A stretch of DNA of 64,000 nucleotides from an uncultured Planctomycetaceae bacterium (GTDB lineage: Bacteria > Planctomycetota > Planctomycetia > Pirellulales > PALSA-1355): the NCBI GenBank assembly GCA_963785305.1, contig CAWAUV010000009.1, positions 320,001-384,000 of the forward strand, given 5' to 3'. Below the pieces are notes generated by a model. That model made no database searches. It was not told the origin of the DNA and worked only from the letters and a program-made list of their open reading frames with translations. The stretch's first letter is position 1; the number at the start of each line of letters is the position of its first letter. Shown here piece after piece: positions 1 to 9,882 of this stretch. A program made the position numbers and the translations under genes.

Positions 1-492
1 GAGCGCGAGGCGGAGCTAGCGCGGGCCGCGATCAGCGCCAAATTTCGCGACCTCAAGGCGAGCCTCGAAAACGCCGCCGATCCGCGCCAATGGGCTCGCG
101 AACATCCTTGGGCGGCGGTGAGCATCGCCGCCGCCGCGGGCTTCGCCACCGCCTTCGCGCTCACGCGACCGCCGAAGTCGAACCCAACCGACGAAGACCG
201 ATCGTCGGCTCCGCGCAATTCGGGCGCCGCCGCGAACTCCCCCCCGACCAATGGCTACGCCGCTCAACCCGGCGGCTATCCCCCGCCGCGAGCCCCGGGC
301 ATCACCGGTTCGATTCTTTCGATGCTCTTCGAGCTTGCCAAGATATTCATGTCGACGCATCTCATGCCACTATTTCAAGCGTGGCAACAGGGACTCGCCG
401 AGCAAGCGATTCGCGACACACAGCCGCCCGGCCCGCATGCGCCAAACGATGAAGACGCGCCAACCGATGCCCAGCGAGCGAATTCCATTTAG
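1..492 (+). CDS. Hypothetical protein, 5'-partial (DUF883/YqjD- or DUF3618-like segment)
   Basis: Frame 1 is open from base 1: ...AELARAAISAKFRDLKASLENAADPRQWAREHPWAAVSIAAAAGFATAFAL (xxHPW plus hydrophobic helix); stop at 490-492. Confidence 0.55.
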   Translation, partial: EREAELARAAISAKFRDLKASLENAADPRQWAREHPWAAVSIAAAAGFATAFALTRPPKSNPTDEDRSSAPRNSGAAANSPPTNGYAAQPGGYPPPRAPGITGSILSMLFELAKIFMSTHLMPLFQAWQQGLAEQAIRDTQPPGPHAPNDEDAPTDAQRANSI

Positions 493-510
493 CAGCCTAT
501 CCGACAATCC

Positions 511-1965
511 TTAGTTGCGTCGGCTCGGCGGTTGCCAGGGGACCGCGCCGCCGCGCTGGACTTGTCGCCGCATCGCGGCCGAGAGATCGAGGAAAACGGG
601 TGGCCGTTTGCCGGCGGCGATCAGGTTCGTGGCTTCGAGCGGATCGGCCTGCAAGTCATACGATCTCGAGCGGCGAGAACGGCGTGTTTTGCAGCAGCTT
701 CCAATGGCCGCGGATCAAGGCGTCGTTGGTCTTGCCGCCGAAGCTTGGCCCTCCTTCGCGGCGAATGAAAAACACATCGCGCGGCGCCAAGTCCTTCATC
801 TGGCCGGTGAGGATCGGCAGCAGGCTCACGCCGTCGGTGTTGGGCTCCGGGCTCGCGCCGGCGGCTTCGAGCGCCGTGGCATGCAGGTCCATGCTTAGGG
901 CCAGCGCCGTTGATTGGCTGCCCGGCTCGATGTGACCCAGCCAGCGCATCGCGGTCGGCACGCGCAGGCCGCCTTCATACATGCTGCCTTTCGCGCCGCG
1001 AGTGGGGCCGCAATTGGCCTCGTCGCGCTGCTCGCCGCCGTTGTCGCTGGTGAAGACCACGAGCGTGTTTCGCGCGAGCTTGCATTCGTCGAGGGTCTGG
1101 AGCACCCGGCCGATACTGGAATCGAGATGCTCAATGAGCGCGACCAGGCGCGCCGCTTTTCCGAGAGCGCTGGCTCTCGTCGCTTGACTTCATCGAGCAC
1201 GGCCGGCGGCGGTTCGACCGGTCCATGGGGGGCGTTGTACGCCAGGTACAAAAAAAACGGCTTCGCGGGCTCGCCACTTCGCGAACGCAAGTAATCGCAG
1301 GCCCAATCGGTGAAGATGTCGGTGGCATGGCCCGGCGGATCGACCGTCTCGCGATTGTGACGCATGTAGTTGATGTCGTGGCGAAGATGGGTGGTGTAGC
1401 TCTCCATCATGTCGCCGAGAAAGCCATGAAATTCGTCGAAGCCGTGATCGTTGGGCGTATTCGGCGCGGTGAGCCCGAGGTGCCACTTGCCCACGATCGC
1501 GGTCGCGTAGCCCGCGCCGCCGAGCGAGCGCGAGAGGAGGCGCGTGTCCGGGGCGAGATACCCCCACGAGTCATCGGCATGGGTGCGAATCACGCCCGGC
1601 ACTCCGACCCGCTCGGGATAGCAACCCGAAAGCAGCGCTGCCCGGGTGGGCGAACAGACGCTCGAATTCGCATGAAAGTTGGTGAACCGCATACCGCTGG
1701 CGAAGAATGAATCGAGCCGCGGAGTGCGCAGATCCTTCGCGCCCTGACAAGCCAAATCTCCGAGACCAAGGTCATCGGCCAGAATCAGCACGATATTGGG
1801 CCGCGCGGGCTCATTGTTCGGAGAGTCAGCGGCGAAAATGGCGCCCAGCGGCAACATGGCGCCCGCGACCGCGACCGCGACGACCCTGATCGCGATTCGA
1901 GCCAGCGCGCGAACCCTCGGCACGGGCCGCCGCGCCCGGGGTAGTGACCGTGCGTGAGAAACATT
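511..1965 (-). CDS. Arylsulfatase-family sulfatase (frameshifts near 1150 and 660; start approximate)
   Basis: PNIVLILADDLG, CSPTRAALLSG (CxPxR formylglycine motif), GKWHLG, FTSDNGG, KGSMYEGGLRVP, then YDLQADPLE in a third frame ending at TAA 511-513. Confidence 0.9.
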
Positions 1966-2513
1966 CGCATACCTCGCGCGGAGAAGACGGTGTGGGGTGG
2001 AGTGGAGTGCAACTAATATCGGCGCCAGCAGCGCGCCGGTCAATATTTCCGCGGCGCGGCGTCCGAGGCAATCGATTGTCGATTCACTGAAAAATCCGCG
2101 AGTTGAATCTCGAATCGCATTCGAATTGTGCTCGCCCGACTGTGCTTATGCTTCGAGAACTTGATTGAGCTTGCGGTAACCGGGTGGAAGCGGGCAACAT
2201 ATGGAAAGGGCGAACTGAAGCACCGCCCGCGATATGCTCATGAAGGAATATCCGATGACAGTACAGCCTACGAAATCTAGTTCCACCGCAACATGGCTGT
2301 TCACGCGGCTGCCGGCGCTGTTGTGCCTAGTAATGTGTAACATGCCTGGCCATGTCGTCTTGGCGGCGGGCTCCGAACAAAAGATCGAAAAGGTGTACGC
2401 CCGTTGGGTCAAACAGTACGACGGCACTTTTGTCGGACCGAATGAGCGGGATCCCCTGTTTCTCGATCTGCTCGGCCGGGCTGATGGCGATTTGTTTTTT
2501 CTGCGGGGCTTGG

Positions 2514-3976
2514 TTCAAGTTTCGCGTTTTTTGCTAGCAAGCGGCGCGGGTATTATGCGGCGATTGCCAGGATATTCTCGACCAACTGGATGATTTTTCG
2601 ACTTCCTGGTCCTTGTGGCGCCCACGCGGAAATGGATTCTTTCAGGCTACACCGACGTAGCGTCGCCAACATGTCGGCGAATGATTCGTGAGTCTTGGTC
2701 GTGTACCACGGCCGCAATAGTTGACGGTAATGACGATGACCTTCGCGACAGTACCAGCACACGATCAAGCTATACAGCAGCATCGCCATCGGCGCCGTGC
2801 GCTCGACGGCCTGGCGAGTCCAACCTTGCGGCTCTTCGAAGCCCAAGTGCTGCTTGCTTTCGCGGAATGTGACTTCCACGCTCCACCGCATCGCATACCA
2901 AGTCAGCACCTGCTCGGCCGTGGCGTCGACGCGCGTCGAGTAAAAAGCTTCGCGACCACGACCGCCGGCCAACGCCTCCACGGCCACCACCCGCAACGCG
3001 CGCTCCGGCAACGCGAAGACGCGCCCCACCGCTTCGCACAGCCGGGCCAACTCATGGCGGCCATAGATATGAAGCTCCACTCGCCGGGCACGCTCGTCGA
3101 GCATTCGCTCGGGCGTGGGAAGCTGGGCGCCACGCTTGCGCGGGCGTCCTTTCCGTCCAGACTGCGCCGCCTGGGGCGCGTCGAACAACCGAGCGTCCAG
3201 CCGCAAGCGGCTGGTCAAGTCGCAGTTGGTCGGCAGTTGGCCCAGCACGCTCTGCCCGCCATAGGCGGAGTCCGCCACCACATGAAATCGCCGATTCGCC
3301 CGGTGTTTGCAGAGAATTCGCAGCAACTCCACCGCCAACTCGGGCTTGCTGCGATAGACGCGACGTTCTTTCGCCGCCCGTTTCTTGTTCAGATACAAGC
3401 GAAACAAGATCGGCAGGCTGAAAGGTCGCTCGGGCCACAAGGGAAAGCGGACCACCACGCACAGCACGACCCAACAGTGCCCCCAATTGGTCACCACATG
3501 GCTGCGGCTGGAGAGCAGCGGATCGTGATGCATCCCGGTCCCGAACATTTTCAGTCCACGCTTGCGGGCCAATGTGTCGTCGAGCGCGAGCAGCACGCCT
3601 TCGCCACACAACGACTCGATCAGTCGAAAGACAGCCAGCCCCAACGCATCGCGAGACCAGTTGGCTTCCGAGAAAAAACGATGAAACGCGGAATGATGCC
3701 GCTGGCCAGACACGCCGGCCGCCAGCAGCAGATTCGTCACGGTGCGCCGCGGCGCGAACACCCAGCCCGTGGCGAGGACCACAAAATTCTGGAACGTCGG
3801 CTCGGTCATGACGACAGCCAACTCTTGCAACAAAACCGCAAACGAGCTAACAAGATTCATGTGAGCCTCCCGAGCGAAGCAGTGCTTGAACAACACCTGC
3901 ATCGTGAGGGAGGCTCACCCTGTTTTTCAATCCCCGCTACGGTCGGGGTCCGCTAGCAAAAAACGCGAAACTTGAA
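2514..3976 (-). mobile_element. IS701-family-like insertion sequence
   Basis: Perfect terminal IR TTCAAGTTTCGCGTTTTTTGCTAGC (2514-2538) / GCTAGCAAAAAACGCGAAACTTGAA (3952-3976); flanks CTTGG / CTTAG look like an imperfect 5-bp target duplication. Confidence 0.85.
2553..3860 (-). CDS. DDE transposase (IS701-like, DDE_5-type)
   Basis: LALDDT, VVADSAYG, YAMRWSVEVTFRESKQHLG (YREK-like motif); GGGAGG RBS upstream of ATG at 3860. Confidence 0.88.
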   Translation of the reverse strand: MNLVSSFAVLLQELAVVMTEPTFQNFVVLATGWVFAPRRTVTNLLLAAGVSGQRHHSAFHRFFSEANWSRDALGLAVFRLIESLCGEGVLLALDDTLARKRGLKMFGTGMHHDPLLSSRSHVVTNWGHCWVVLCVVVRFPLWPERPFSLPILFRLYLNKKRAAKERRVYRSKPELAVELLRILCKHRANRRFHVVADSAYGGQSVLGQLPTNCDLTSRLRLDARLFDAPQAAQSGRKGRPRKRGAQLPTPERMLDERARRVELHIYGRHELARLCEAVGRVFALPERALRVVAVEALAGGRGREAFYSTRVDATAEQVLTWYAMRWSVEVTFRESKQHLGFEEPQGWTRQAVERTAPMAMLLYSLIVCWYCREGHRHYRQLLRPWYTTKTHESFADMLATLRRCSLKESISAWAPQGPGSRKIIQLVENILAIAA

Positions 3977-4440
3977 CTTAGAGCCTACCCGACAACCCGA
4001 TGCCAGCATTGAAATGCCGGCAAAAACGCGCGCTTTCATCGGTTCTCGGATAGGCTCTTAATCGCCGATGTTACGATTTTCCGCGATCGGATGGGTAGAT
4101 CGCCTTTCCGCTCGGCAAATTTATAAAATATCTTCGACATGAAACCAAGGAATCGTTGGATGCTCGACCACAACACTAATTTACTGCCGATTTCAATACA
4201 GTGGCTGTTAATTGCGACCGCGTACATGTGGCTTCTTAAAAGGTGCGTCCACTCGACATTTTGTCGCGATGTTCCCCGTGACGGTTATCTTAAAACGGCG
4301 GAGTTCTTTGCTGTTGGCTGTGCAATTGCGCTTTTTTGCTTTTGGGACATGAGAACGCTTGCAGGTACTATTGGATTTGTGATCTTATATACTTGCTCTG
4401 TCTTCGGCGTCGCGTGCGTCACAACATGGCATTTAATACA

Positions 4441-5977
4441 GTAACTGTTAAGCATTTCCTCTTTCCCGAAATTGGGTTTTCGGTCACATTGATTGGATCA
4501 TGGATGATCGAGATCGACGGATCGCCGAGTTGGAAGCGGAAATCGCCCGGTTGCAGGCGGAGAACGGAACGCTGCGCAAGCGCGTCGAGCAACTCGAACA
4601 GCAAGTCCAAAAGTTTTTGCAGCGGCGCAAGAAAACCCGCTCGGCCAGCGATGCGCGGCGTGGCGAACAGGATCGCCGCCGCAAGCAGTTTCGCAAACAT
4701 CCGGGCAGCTTTCGTCCAGGGCCGCCGCCCGGCACGGTATTCATCGAACACGATGTGCATCCGCGAGAGTGTCCGCACTGTGGCGGCCGCGATCTGACCG
4801 CCACCGGCGAGTTCGAAGACCATGAGATGGCGGAGATTCCAGAGCCCAAGCTCGAATGGCATCGGTATCGCCGTCATACCTATCGTTGTGAACATTGCCA
4901 AGCCACCTGCCAAGGACGCGGCGACTTGGAACTGCCCGGCGCCCACATCGGGCCACGCGCGCGCTTGTTGGTCTGCTACGCGCGGGTTCACCTGGGCATC
5001 TCGCTCGGCAAAACGCAACACTTGCTGAAAGACTTCTTTGGTCTTTCGGCCAGCCGGGCCGGATTGCTCGGCCATTTGCGTTGGGGCGGCACTTTGTTCG
5101 AGCCGGTGGTCGACAAACTCTGGGAACTCTTGCGCAATTCGCCGGTCGTGCAAGGCGATGAGACCGGCTGGCGGATCGATGGCCAGCCCGTTTGGGCCTG
5201 GTGTTTTCGAGACACGCGCTTGGCATTGTTCCTGATCGATCGTCATCGCAATCGGGCCGTGCTCGAGCGAGCGTTGGGCACATCGTTCGCGGGCACGCTG
5301 GTCAGCGATTTTTATGCGGTCTACAACCGGCTCGACTGCCGCAAACAGCGCTGCTTGGTCCATTTGCTTCGCGAGTTGCACAAGCTGCGCGAGACGTTGC
5401 CGGCGGCGAGCGTGCGGGCCTTCATCCAGCCGTTGATCACGCTGTTTCAAGACGCGATCCGGTTGGGCCACGAGCGCAAGTCGCTCGGCAAAAAAGCTTT
5501 CAACGCGGCCCGACACGAGATTCAAAACCGTTTCGACACGTTGATCCTCGAGACGCGCGTGCGGCATCGCGAATGTTTGCGAATCTGGCGGCGGCTGTTC
5601 AAGCACTCGGACGAATTGTTCACCTTCCTCGACGATGCGAATGTTCCGGCCGACAACAACGGAACCGAACGCGACATCCGAAGCCTGGCGGCGGCGAGGA
5701 ATGATGGCGGCACGCATCGGACCGAATGGAGCGCGGCGGCGTTCGCCCGAATCAAGAGCGTGATCGCGACCGGCGCGAAAAACGGTTTGAGCTTCGCAAG
5801 GTATGGAATCGAAGTCGTGCGCGCTAAATTGCAAGGCAAGACCCTGCCGCTGCCGATCACCAATAGCAGTTAAAACATCCGCCACGCGACCCATCCCCGG
5901 AAACCCCTCGCCCGCGATCCCCGCCAATATCGCCACCGCCCCCCCGCGCCCAGGCCACGCCACGGCTTAACAGTTAC
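4441..5977 (+). mobile_element. IS66-family element, single-ORF (ISBst12-like) type
   Basis: IR GTAACTGTTAAGC (4441-4453) / GCTTAACAGTTAC (5965-5977); perfect 8-bp target duplication TTAATACA at 4433-4440 and 5978-5985. Confidence 0.92.
4500..5873 (+). CDS. IS66-family transposase (TnpC-like)
   Basis: N-terminal coiled coil, CPHCG...CEHC zinc finger, QGDETGW, LVSDFYAVY, QRCLVHLLRE, DNNGTERDIR. Confidence 0.92.
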   Translation: MDDRDRRIAELEAEIARLQAENGTLRKRVEQLEQQVQKFLQRRKKTRSASDARRGEQDRRRKQFRKHPGSFRPGPPPGTVFIEHDVHPRECPHCGGRDLTATGEFEDHEMAEIPEPKLEWHRYRRHTYRCEHCQATCQGRGDLELPGAHIGPRARLLVCYARVHLGISLGKTQHLLKDFFGLSASRAGLLGHLRWGGTLFEPVVDKLWELLRNSPVVQGDETGWRIDGQPVWAWCFRDTRLALFLIDRHRNRAVLERALGTSFAGTLVSDFYAVYNRLDCRKQRCLVHLLRELHKLRETLPAASVRAFIQPLITLFQDAIRLGHERKSLGKKAFNAARHEIQNRFDTLILETRVRHRECLRIWRRLFKHSDELFTFLDDANVPADNNGTERDIRSLAAARNDGGTHRTEWSAAAFARIKSVIATGAKNGLSFARYGIEVVRAKLQGKTLPLPITNSS

Positions 5978-6203
5978 TTAATACAAGCCCACCGAGGTGC
6001 GCACGATTTTGGTACCGCGAGCCATTCGATACGCCGAGCACATTATGCTTTTTTCTTGTCGGGCGCACTTTTCGTATGCGCATTAGGCATTGGTGTGCTT
6101 GTAGCTTCTACTGCACAATTGTGCCGGACGCAACAATAGAGACATAACTCGCATTTATGGGCAAGTTTCCGATTATGCATGAAGACCCGATAAAAGACAA
6201 AAA

Positions 6204-6416
6204 ATGGTCGTATCTTGGCATGCGGCCGATCCGACCGACGCCTGCTTCGCCCAGGTCATGCTCAGCGGCTCGGGCGCCGTGGCGCATGTTCCGATGCAGC
6301 CCGGCCCCGGCGGCGCGGTTCGGCCCGGTTGGTTCACCAATCTTTATAGCTTCGACCTGCTCGACGACAAGATCGAACAAGACCTCGACGCCACCGGCTC
6401 GACGCCCTCGGCGAAT
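6204..6416 (+). pseudogene. Gene fragment, possibly YD/Rhs-repeat derived, ending at the RAYT terminal repeat
   Basis: High-GC segment encoding ...WFTNLYSFDLLDDKIEQD..., loosely like a YD repeat (TYSYDxLxxxxE); weak similarity judged by eye. Confidence 0.25.
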
Positions 6417-6430
6417 TCAAAGGGGTCAGG

Positions 6431-8364
6431 GTGCGCCGGCGCGAAGCCGGAGGAGAGTAGCGAATGAAAGAGTCGCACGAGGCAAGGCCTAGCCAGCCAC
6501 CTCGGCCTCGAGTGATGCGTCGTGTCGGGCAACTGGCAGGGCGAAGCGTTCACAGAGGCACGGCCGGGCGGTGTATCGAGCTCCGAAAACATTCTTTTGC
6601 GGTGGCCGACCTTGTCCTGACCCCGTCGCTCGATACATGCGGGAAGGCAACAGTGATGTCGAACGATCATGGCGAGTCCGACGTCTCCCCCACGGAGTCT
6701 GAGACCACCCGCACGGCCGGAAACTTTTCTCGCGGAAGCCGGGAGATCCCGGGAACATCCGCTTCACCGGAAGCGGATCGGTCGGAGAAGGCGCGAGGCC
6801 ACAAGTCCGACATGCACGTTCCCGGGGAGTCAGACAGTTCCATAGTACCAAAGAAGCAGGCGAACAACGACAGCGTGCCGCTGTCGGCGGAGCCCGTGGA
6901 GGGAAGGGAGCTGACCGAGGAGAACGCCGAGCAGTCGCTACTGGACCGGACACAGCGCCGGGCTCCCAGGTCGCGCGGACTGCTGGGCGTGCGAGAAGCG
7001 GCACAACGCGACAAGAAGATGCGGTTCAACAATCTGCTGAACCATGTCACGCCCGAACTGCTGGTGGCGAGTTTCTTCGACCTGAAGAAGCAAGCCGCCC
7101 GGCGTCGATGGCCTGACATGGGCTCAATACGCCACCGATTTCGAAACGCGGATCGACGATCCGCACAGTCGAATCCATCGGGGAGCCTATCGAGCCAGGC
7201 CGTCCAAGCGAACTTGGATTCCCAAGCTCGACGGCAAGCCGCGGCCCCTCGGGATCGCGGCGCTGGAGGACAAGATCGTCCAGCAAGCCGTACGGACGAT
7301 CCTGGAGTGCATCTACGAAGAGGACTTTCTGGGTTTCAGTTACGGCTTTCGTCCTGGACGAAGCTGTCACCGAGCCTTGGACGCGCTCTACGTGGGCATC
7401 AAGAAGCGGAAAGTGAACTGGATTTTGGATGCGGACATCCGCGGCTTCTTCGACAACATCGACCACGCATGGTTGATGAAGTTCCTGGAGCATCGGATCG
7501 CCGACCGACGACTGCTTCGGCTGCTGAAGAAATGGCTTCGAGCCGGAGTGTCGGAAGATGGCGAATGGTCCCCGAGCACCGTGGGAACACCTCAAGGAGC
7601 GGTGATTTCGCCGCTCTATTCGAACGTGTTCTTGCACTATGTTCTGGACCTGTGGCTGGTGGCGTGGCGGAAACGCCATGCCGTGGGCGAGGTCATCATC
7701 GTGCGCTATGCGGACGATTTCGTAGTCGGATTCCGCGAGGAGTCCGACGCGCGACGCTGCCTGGCGGCGCTCCGGGAACGCTTCACCAAATTCGGTTTGG
7801 AACCGCACCCGGAGAAGACGCGGCTGATCGAGTTCGGACGCTATGCGGCCGAACGACGATCGAAGCGTGGCGATGGCCCACCGGAGACATTCGACTTCCT
7901 GGGCTTCACCCACATCAGTGGCGTGACCCGGAAGGGCGAATTCACCATTCGCCGCATCTCATCGGCCAAGAAGTTTCGTGGCAAACTGCGCGAACTGAAA
8001 GAAGCGCTGCGCGGGAAAATGCACATGGACTTGGCGCAAGTCGGGCCATGGATATCGAGCGTTTACCGGGGATGGCTCAATTACCATGCGATTCCCGGCA
8101 ACTCGGTGCGATTGCAACAATTCCGCACGGCGCTCCAGAAACTCTGGCTCCGCATGCTGCGGCGACGCAGCCAACGCGGACGCCGGATGACCTGGCGGAA
8201 GTTCTCGCAGCTTTGCAAACGATGGCTTCCCACCCCGAAAATCCTGCATCCTTATCCCGAAGTGCGGTTTGATCGTTTGTATCCAAGGTAGGAGCCGTAT
8301 GCGGTAGTTCCGCACGTACGGATCTGTGCGGGGGGTGGCCCGAAAGGGCCATCCCTACCGCGAT
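6431..8364 (+). mobile_element. Group II intron (1934 nt), endonuclease-less IEP
   Basis: 5' end GTGCG at 6431; domain V GAGCCGTATGCGGTAGTTCCGCACGTACGGATCTG from 8292; domain VI ending ...CCCTACCGCGAT at 8364. Confidence 0.93.
6812..8291 (+). CDS. ltrA: Group II intron reverse transcriptase/maturase (frameshift near 7100)
   Basis: MHVPGESDSSIVPKK..., [AP]GVDGLTW across the frameshift, RPLGIAALEDKIVQ, SYGFRPG, DADIRGFFD, GTPQG, RYADD, FDFLGF, GWLNYH; no C-terminal HNH domain. Confidence 0.92.
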
Positions 8365-8375
8365 ACTCATTGTTT

Positions 8376-8714
8376 GGTGTAGGGTCGGGAGCCGTATCGG
8401 AAAAATGCACTTGCGGACAACCACGAGGTCGTAGGGTCGAGGTCAGCCGCGGGCGCCTTACCGTCGCTTCGGTCCAAGTCGGCTCGCCGAAGGGAGTCCC
8501 TCGCGGGGCGCCGCGGCGAGCTCTCGTTCCGTCAGCGGCGCCAGTGGCTGGGCATCAACTGGTAAGAGAACAAGTCGACGGCGTGCCGCGCGAGCCCTTC
8601 ACCGAGCACGTGCTCGAAGGCTTCGTAATGCGCGTCGTTGCGGAATATCGTGGCCCGGGAGGTCGCACGATTCAGGGCCTGGTAGACGCCGCCAGCTTCG
8701 TCGCCTCGTGGCAT
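8376..8714 (-). pseudogene. Internally deleted RAYT-like (Y1 HUH) transposase relic
   Basis: N-part MPRGDEAGGVYQALNRA...YEAFEHVL...YQLMPSHW joined to C-part RGTPFGEPTW...STLRPRG; both align by eye to the intact copy at 9882-10559. Confidence 0.85.
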
Positions 8715-8803
8715 CTCCGCCAGCCTACCAACAACCGCCAGCAAAATCAATGAGGCCTGACCCCTTTGATTTATCCGACGACGTTTTCAGGAGGGAAAGA
8801 CCC

Positions 8804-9727
8804 TTAGCGAAGCGATTTCTCGATAATTTTACGCCTGGCTGCTGATATTTGGTTTTTATCATTTGCAAGAAACGCTTTTGTTTGCAAAACATGTTTCCGT
8901 GCACATTCTCTAATAAGTGCAACGTTGACAGGCGTATCCAACGACGAATCTTCGTCCCCTAAAACACAATCAAATGCGCCTCGGAATGATGGCTCGGTTT
9001 CATCATTATGCAGCACATAGATCATCCTAGGAATTCCAGGGCAATTAGCCATCGCGGCCATTTGTTTCTTCATTTTATTCGTCATTTGAACTTTATTTCT
9101 GGATGCCAATTTATAAAGCCGGTCTATAACAAACGCCAATCTAGTTGGCGCTATGCGACCGCCGTCAGTGTAAGCATACCATTTCTCGAGAGTAACAATC
9201 GAAGTGGAGTCTATAATTACAGCAAAGTTTGGATTATTCTTAGCCACGCCTGACCGAGCGCAGTTATCAAGATCGGCAAATACGCTATCAGTGGGGGCCG
9301 CGTTTTCAATCTCTTTGAACATGTCATCGTAAAATACCGCAGATATGTCGTTGGGGCGGCCAAGCAAAGAATCGAAGGCCACCGAAAGTGCTCTCGTTGG
9401 ATCATGGTGCTTTATGCAATAGAACGCAGCAGCTACGAGAATAGGTCGCAGTTCTTGGAACCTCATTTCTTCCCAAAGAGCACTTTGTTCTGGTTGGTTT
9501 ATGCTTTGAAATATTCGCGATTTCATCAGAAAGTCATAACCGAAACCCTCCTTGGGCAAACAAATTGATTCGAGATCTTTCTCGAGATCAGTCCATGATT
9601 CGATTCCGGCTACTTGATCTCGGCAAAATACGAACGCGGACGATGCAATTCCAGCAATTGAAATTGGAATGAACCACCAAATCGCCATTTTGCGCAAGAT
9701 AGGCATGAAAGTAGTTTTCGTCGTCAT
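8804..9727 (-). CDS. AT-richer hypothetical protein with N-terminal TM/signal segment (307 aa)
   Basis: Long ORF in visibly AT-richer DNA; MAIWWFIPISIAGIASSAFVFC hydrophobic segment; start overlaps the upstream fragment's stop (ATGA at 9724-9727). Confidence 0.7.
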   Translation of the reverse strand: MTTKTTFMPILRKMAIWWFIPISIAGIASSAFVFCRDQVAGIESWTDLEKDLESICLPKEGFGYDFLMKSRIFQSINQPEQSALWEEMRFQELRPILVAAAFYCIKHHDPTRALSVAFDSLLGRPNDISAVFYDDMFKEIENAAPTDSVFADLDNCARSGVAKNNPNFAVIIDSTSIVTLEKWYAYTDGGRIAPTRLAFVIDRLYKLASRNKVQMTNKMKKQMAAMANCPGIPRMIYVLHNDETEPSFRGAFDCVLGDEDSSLDTPVNVALIRECARKHVLQTKAFLANDKNQISAARRKIIEKSLR

Positions 9728-9840
9728 ACTTTTCCTTGCTTCGTGCATATTGTGCCCCCTGGACCTAATTGATCTGCTGGGGAAAAAGTGAAATTTACTA
9801 GTCCAGACTGTGCGTGCTCGCCAACTTTTTGTTTATCGGA
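9724..9840 (-). pseudogene. 3' fragment of an upstream gene, truncated at the RAYT repeat
   Basis: SDKQKVGEHAQSGLVNFTFSPADQLGPGGTICTKQGKV*; AT-richer; TGA overlaps the next ATG; no start before the repeat. Confidence 0.4.
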
Positions 9841-9882
9841 GCAATAAAGGGGACGGAGCAATAAAGGGGACGCGAGTCGAAT
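9837..9882 (+). repeat. Left terminal repeat 'B' plus 17-bp tandem duplication
   Basis: CGGAGCAATAAAGGGGA x2 (9837-9870) overlapping AAAGGGGACGCGAGTCGAAT (9863-9882). Confidence 0.85.

Larger units (their letters stand above)
2255..4061 (+). pseudogene. Small putative secreted protein interrupted by IS701-like element
   Basis: MTVQPTKSS...LPALLCLVMC... runs to the IS left end; removing the IS gives an in-frame continuation GLEPTRQPDASIEMPAKTRAFIGSRIGS* (TAA 4059-4061). Confidence 0.45.
4139..6139 (+). pseudogene. Small multi-pass membrane protein interrupted by IS66-like element
   Basis: Hydrophobic AT-richer ORF 4139-4440; after removing the IS and one TTAATACA copy it continues in frame as HLIQAHRGAHDF...FFLSGALFVCALGIGVLVASTAQLCRTQQ* (TAG 6137-6139). 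Confidence 0.6.
6417..8769. repeat. Inverted terminal repeat pair 'A' of the deleted RAYT-like element (left copy split by the intron)
   Basis: Left TCAAAGGGGTCAGG(6417-6430)|ACTCATTGTTT(8365-8375); right 8745-8769 reverse complement TCAAAGGGGTCAGGCCTCATTGATT; 23/25 identical. Confidence 0.85.

Noticed and set aside
2721..5963. Long ORFs opposite the transposases (411 aa, 514 aa)
   Set aside because: Antisense shadows with no recognisable motifs.
6464..8272. 602-aa ORF as a single protein
   Set aside because: Only 6812-~7100 is real IEP; the rest is off-frame after the indel.
6812..8291. RT as retron, DGR or defence RT
   Set aside because: Complete group II intron ends and domains V/VI are present; no TR/VR pair or msr-msd seen.
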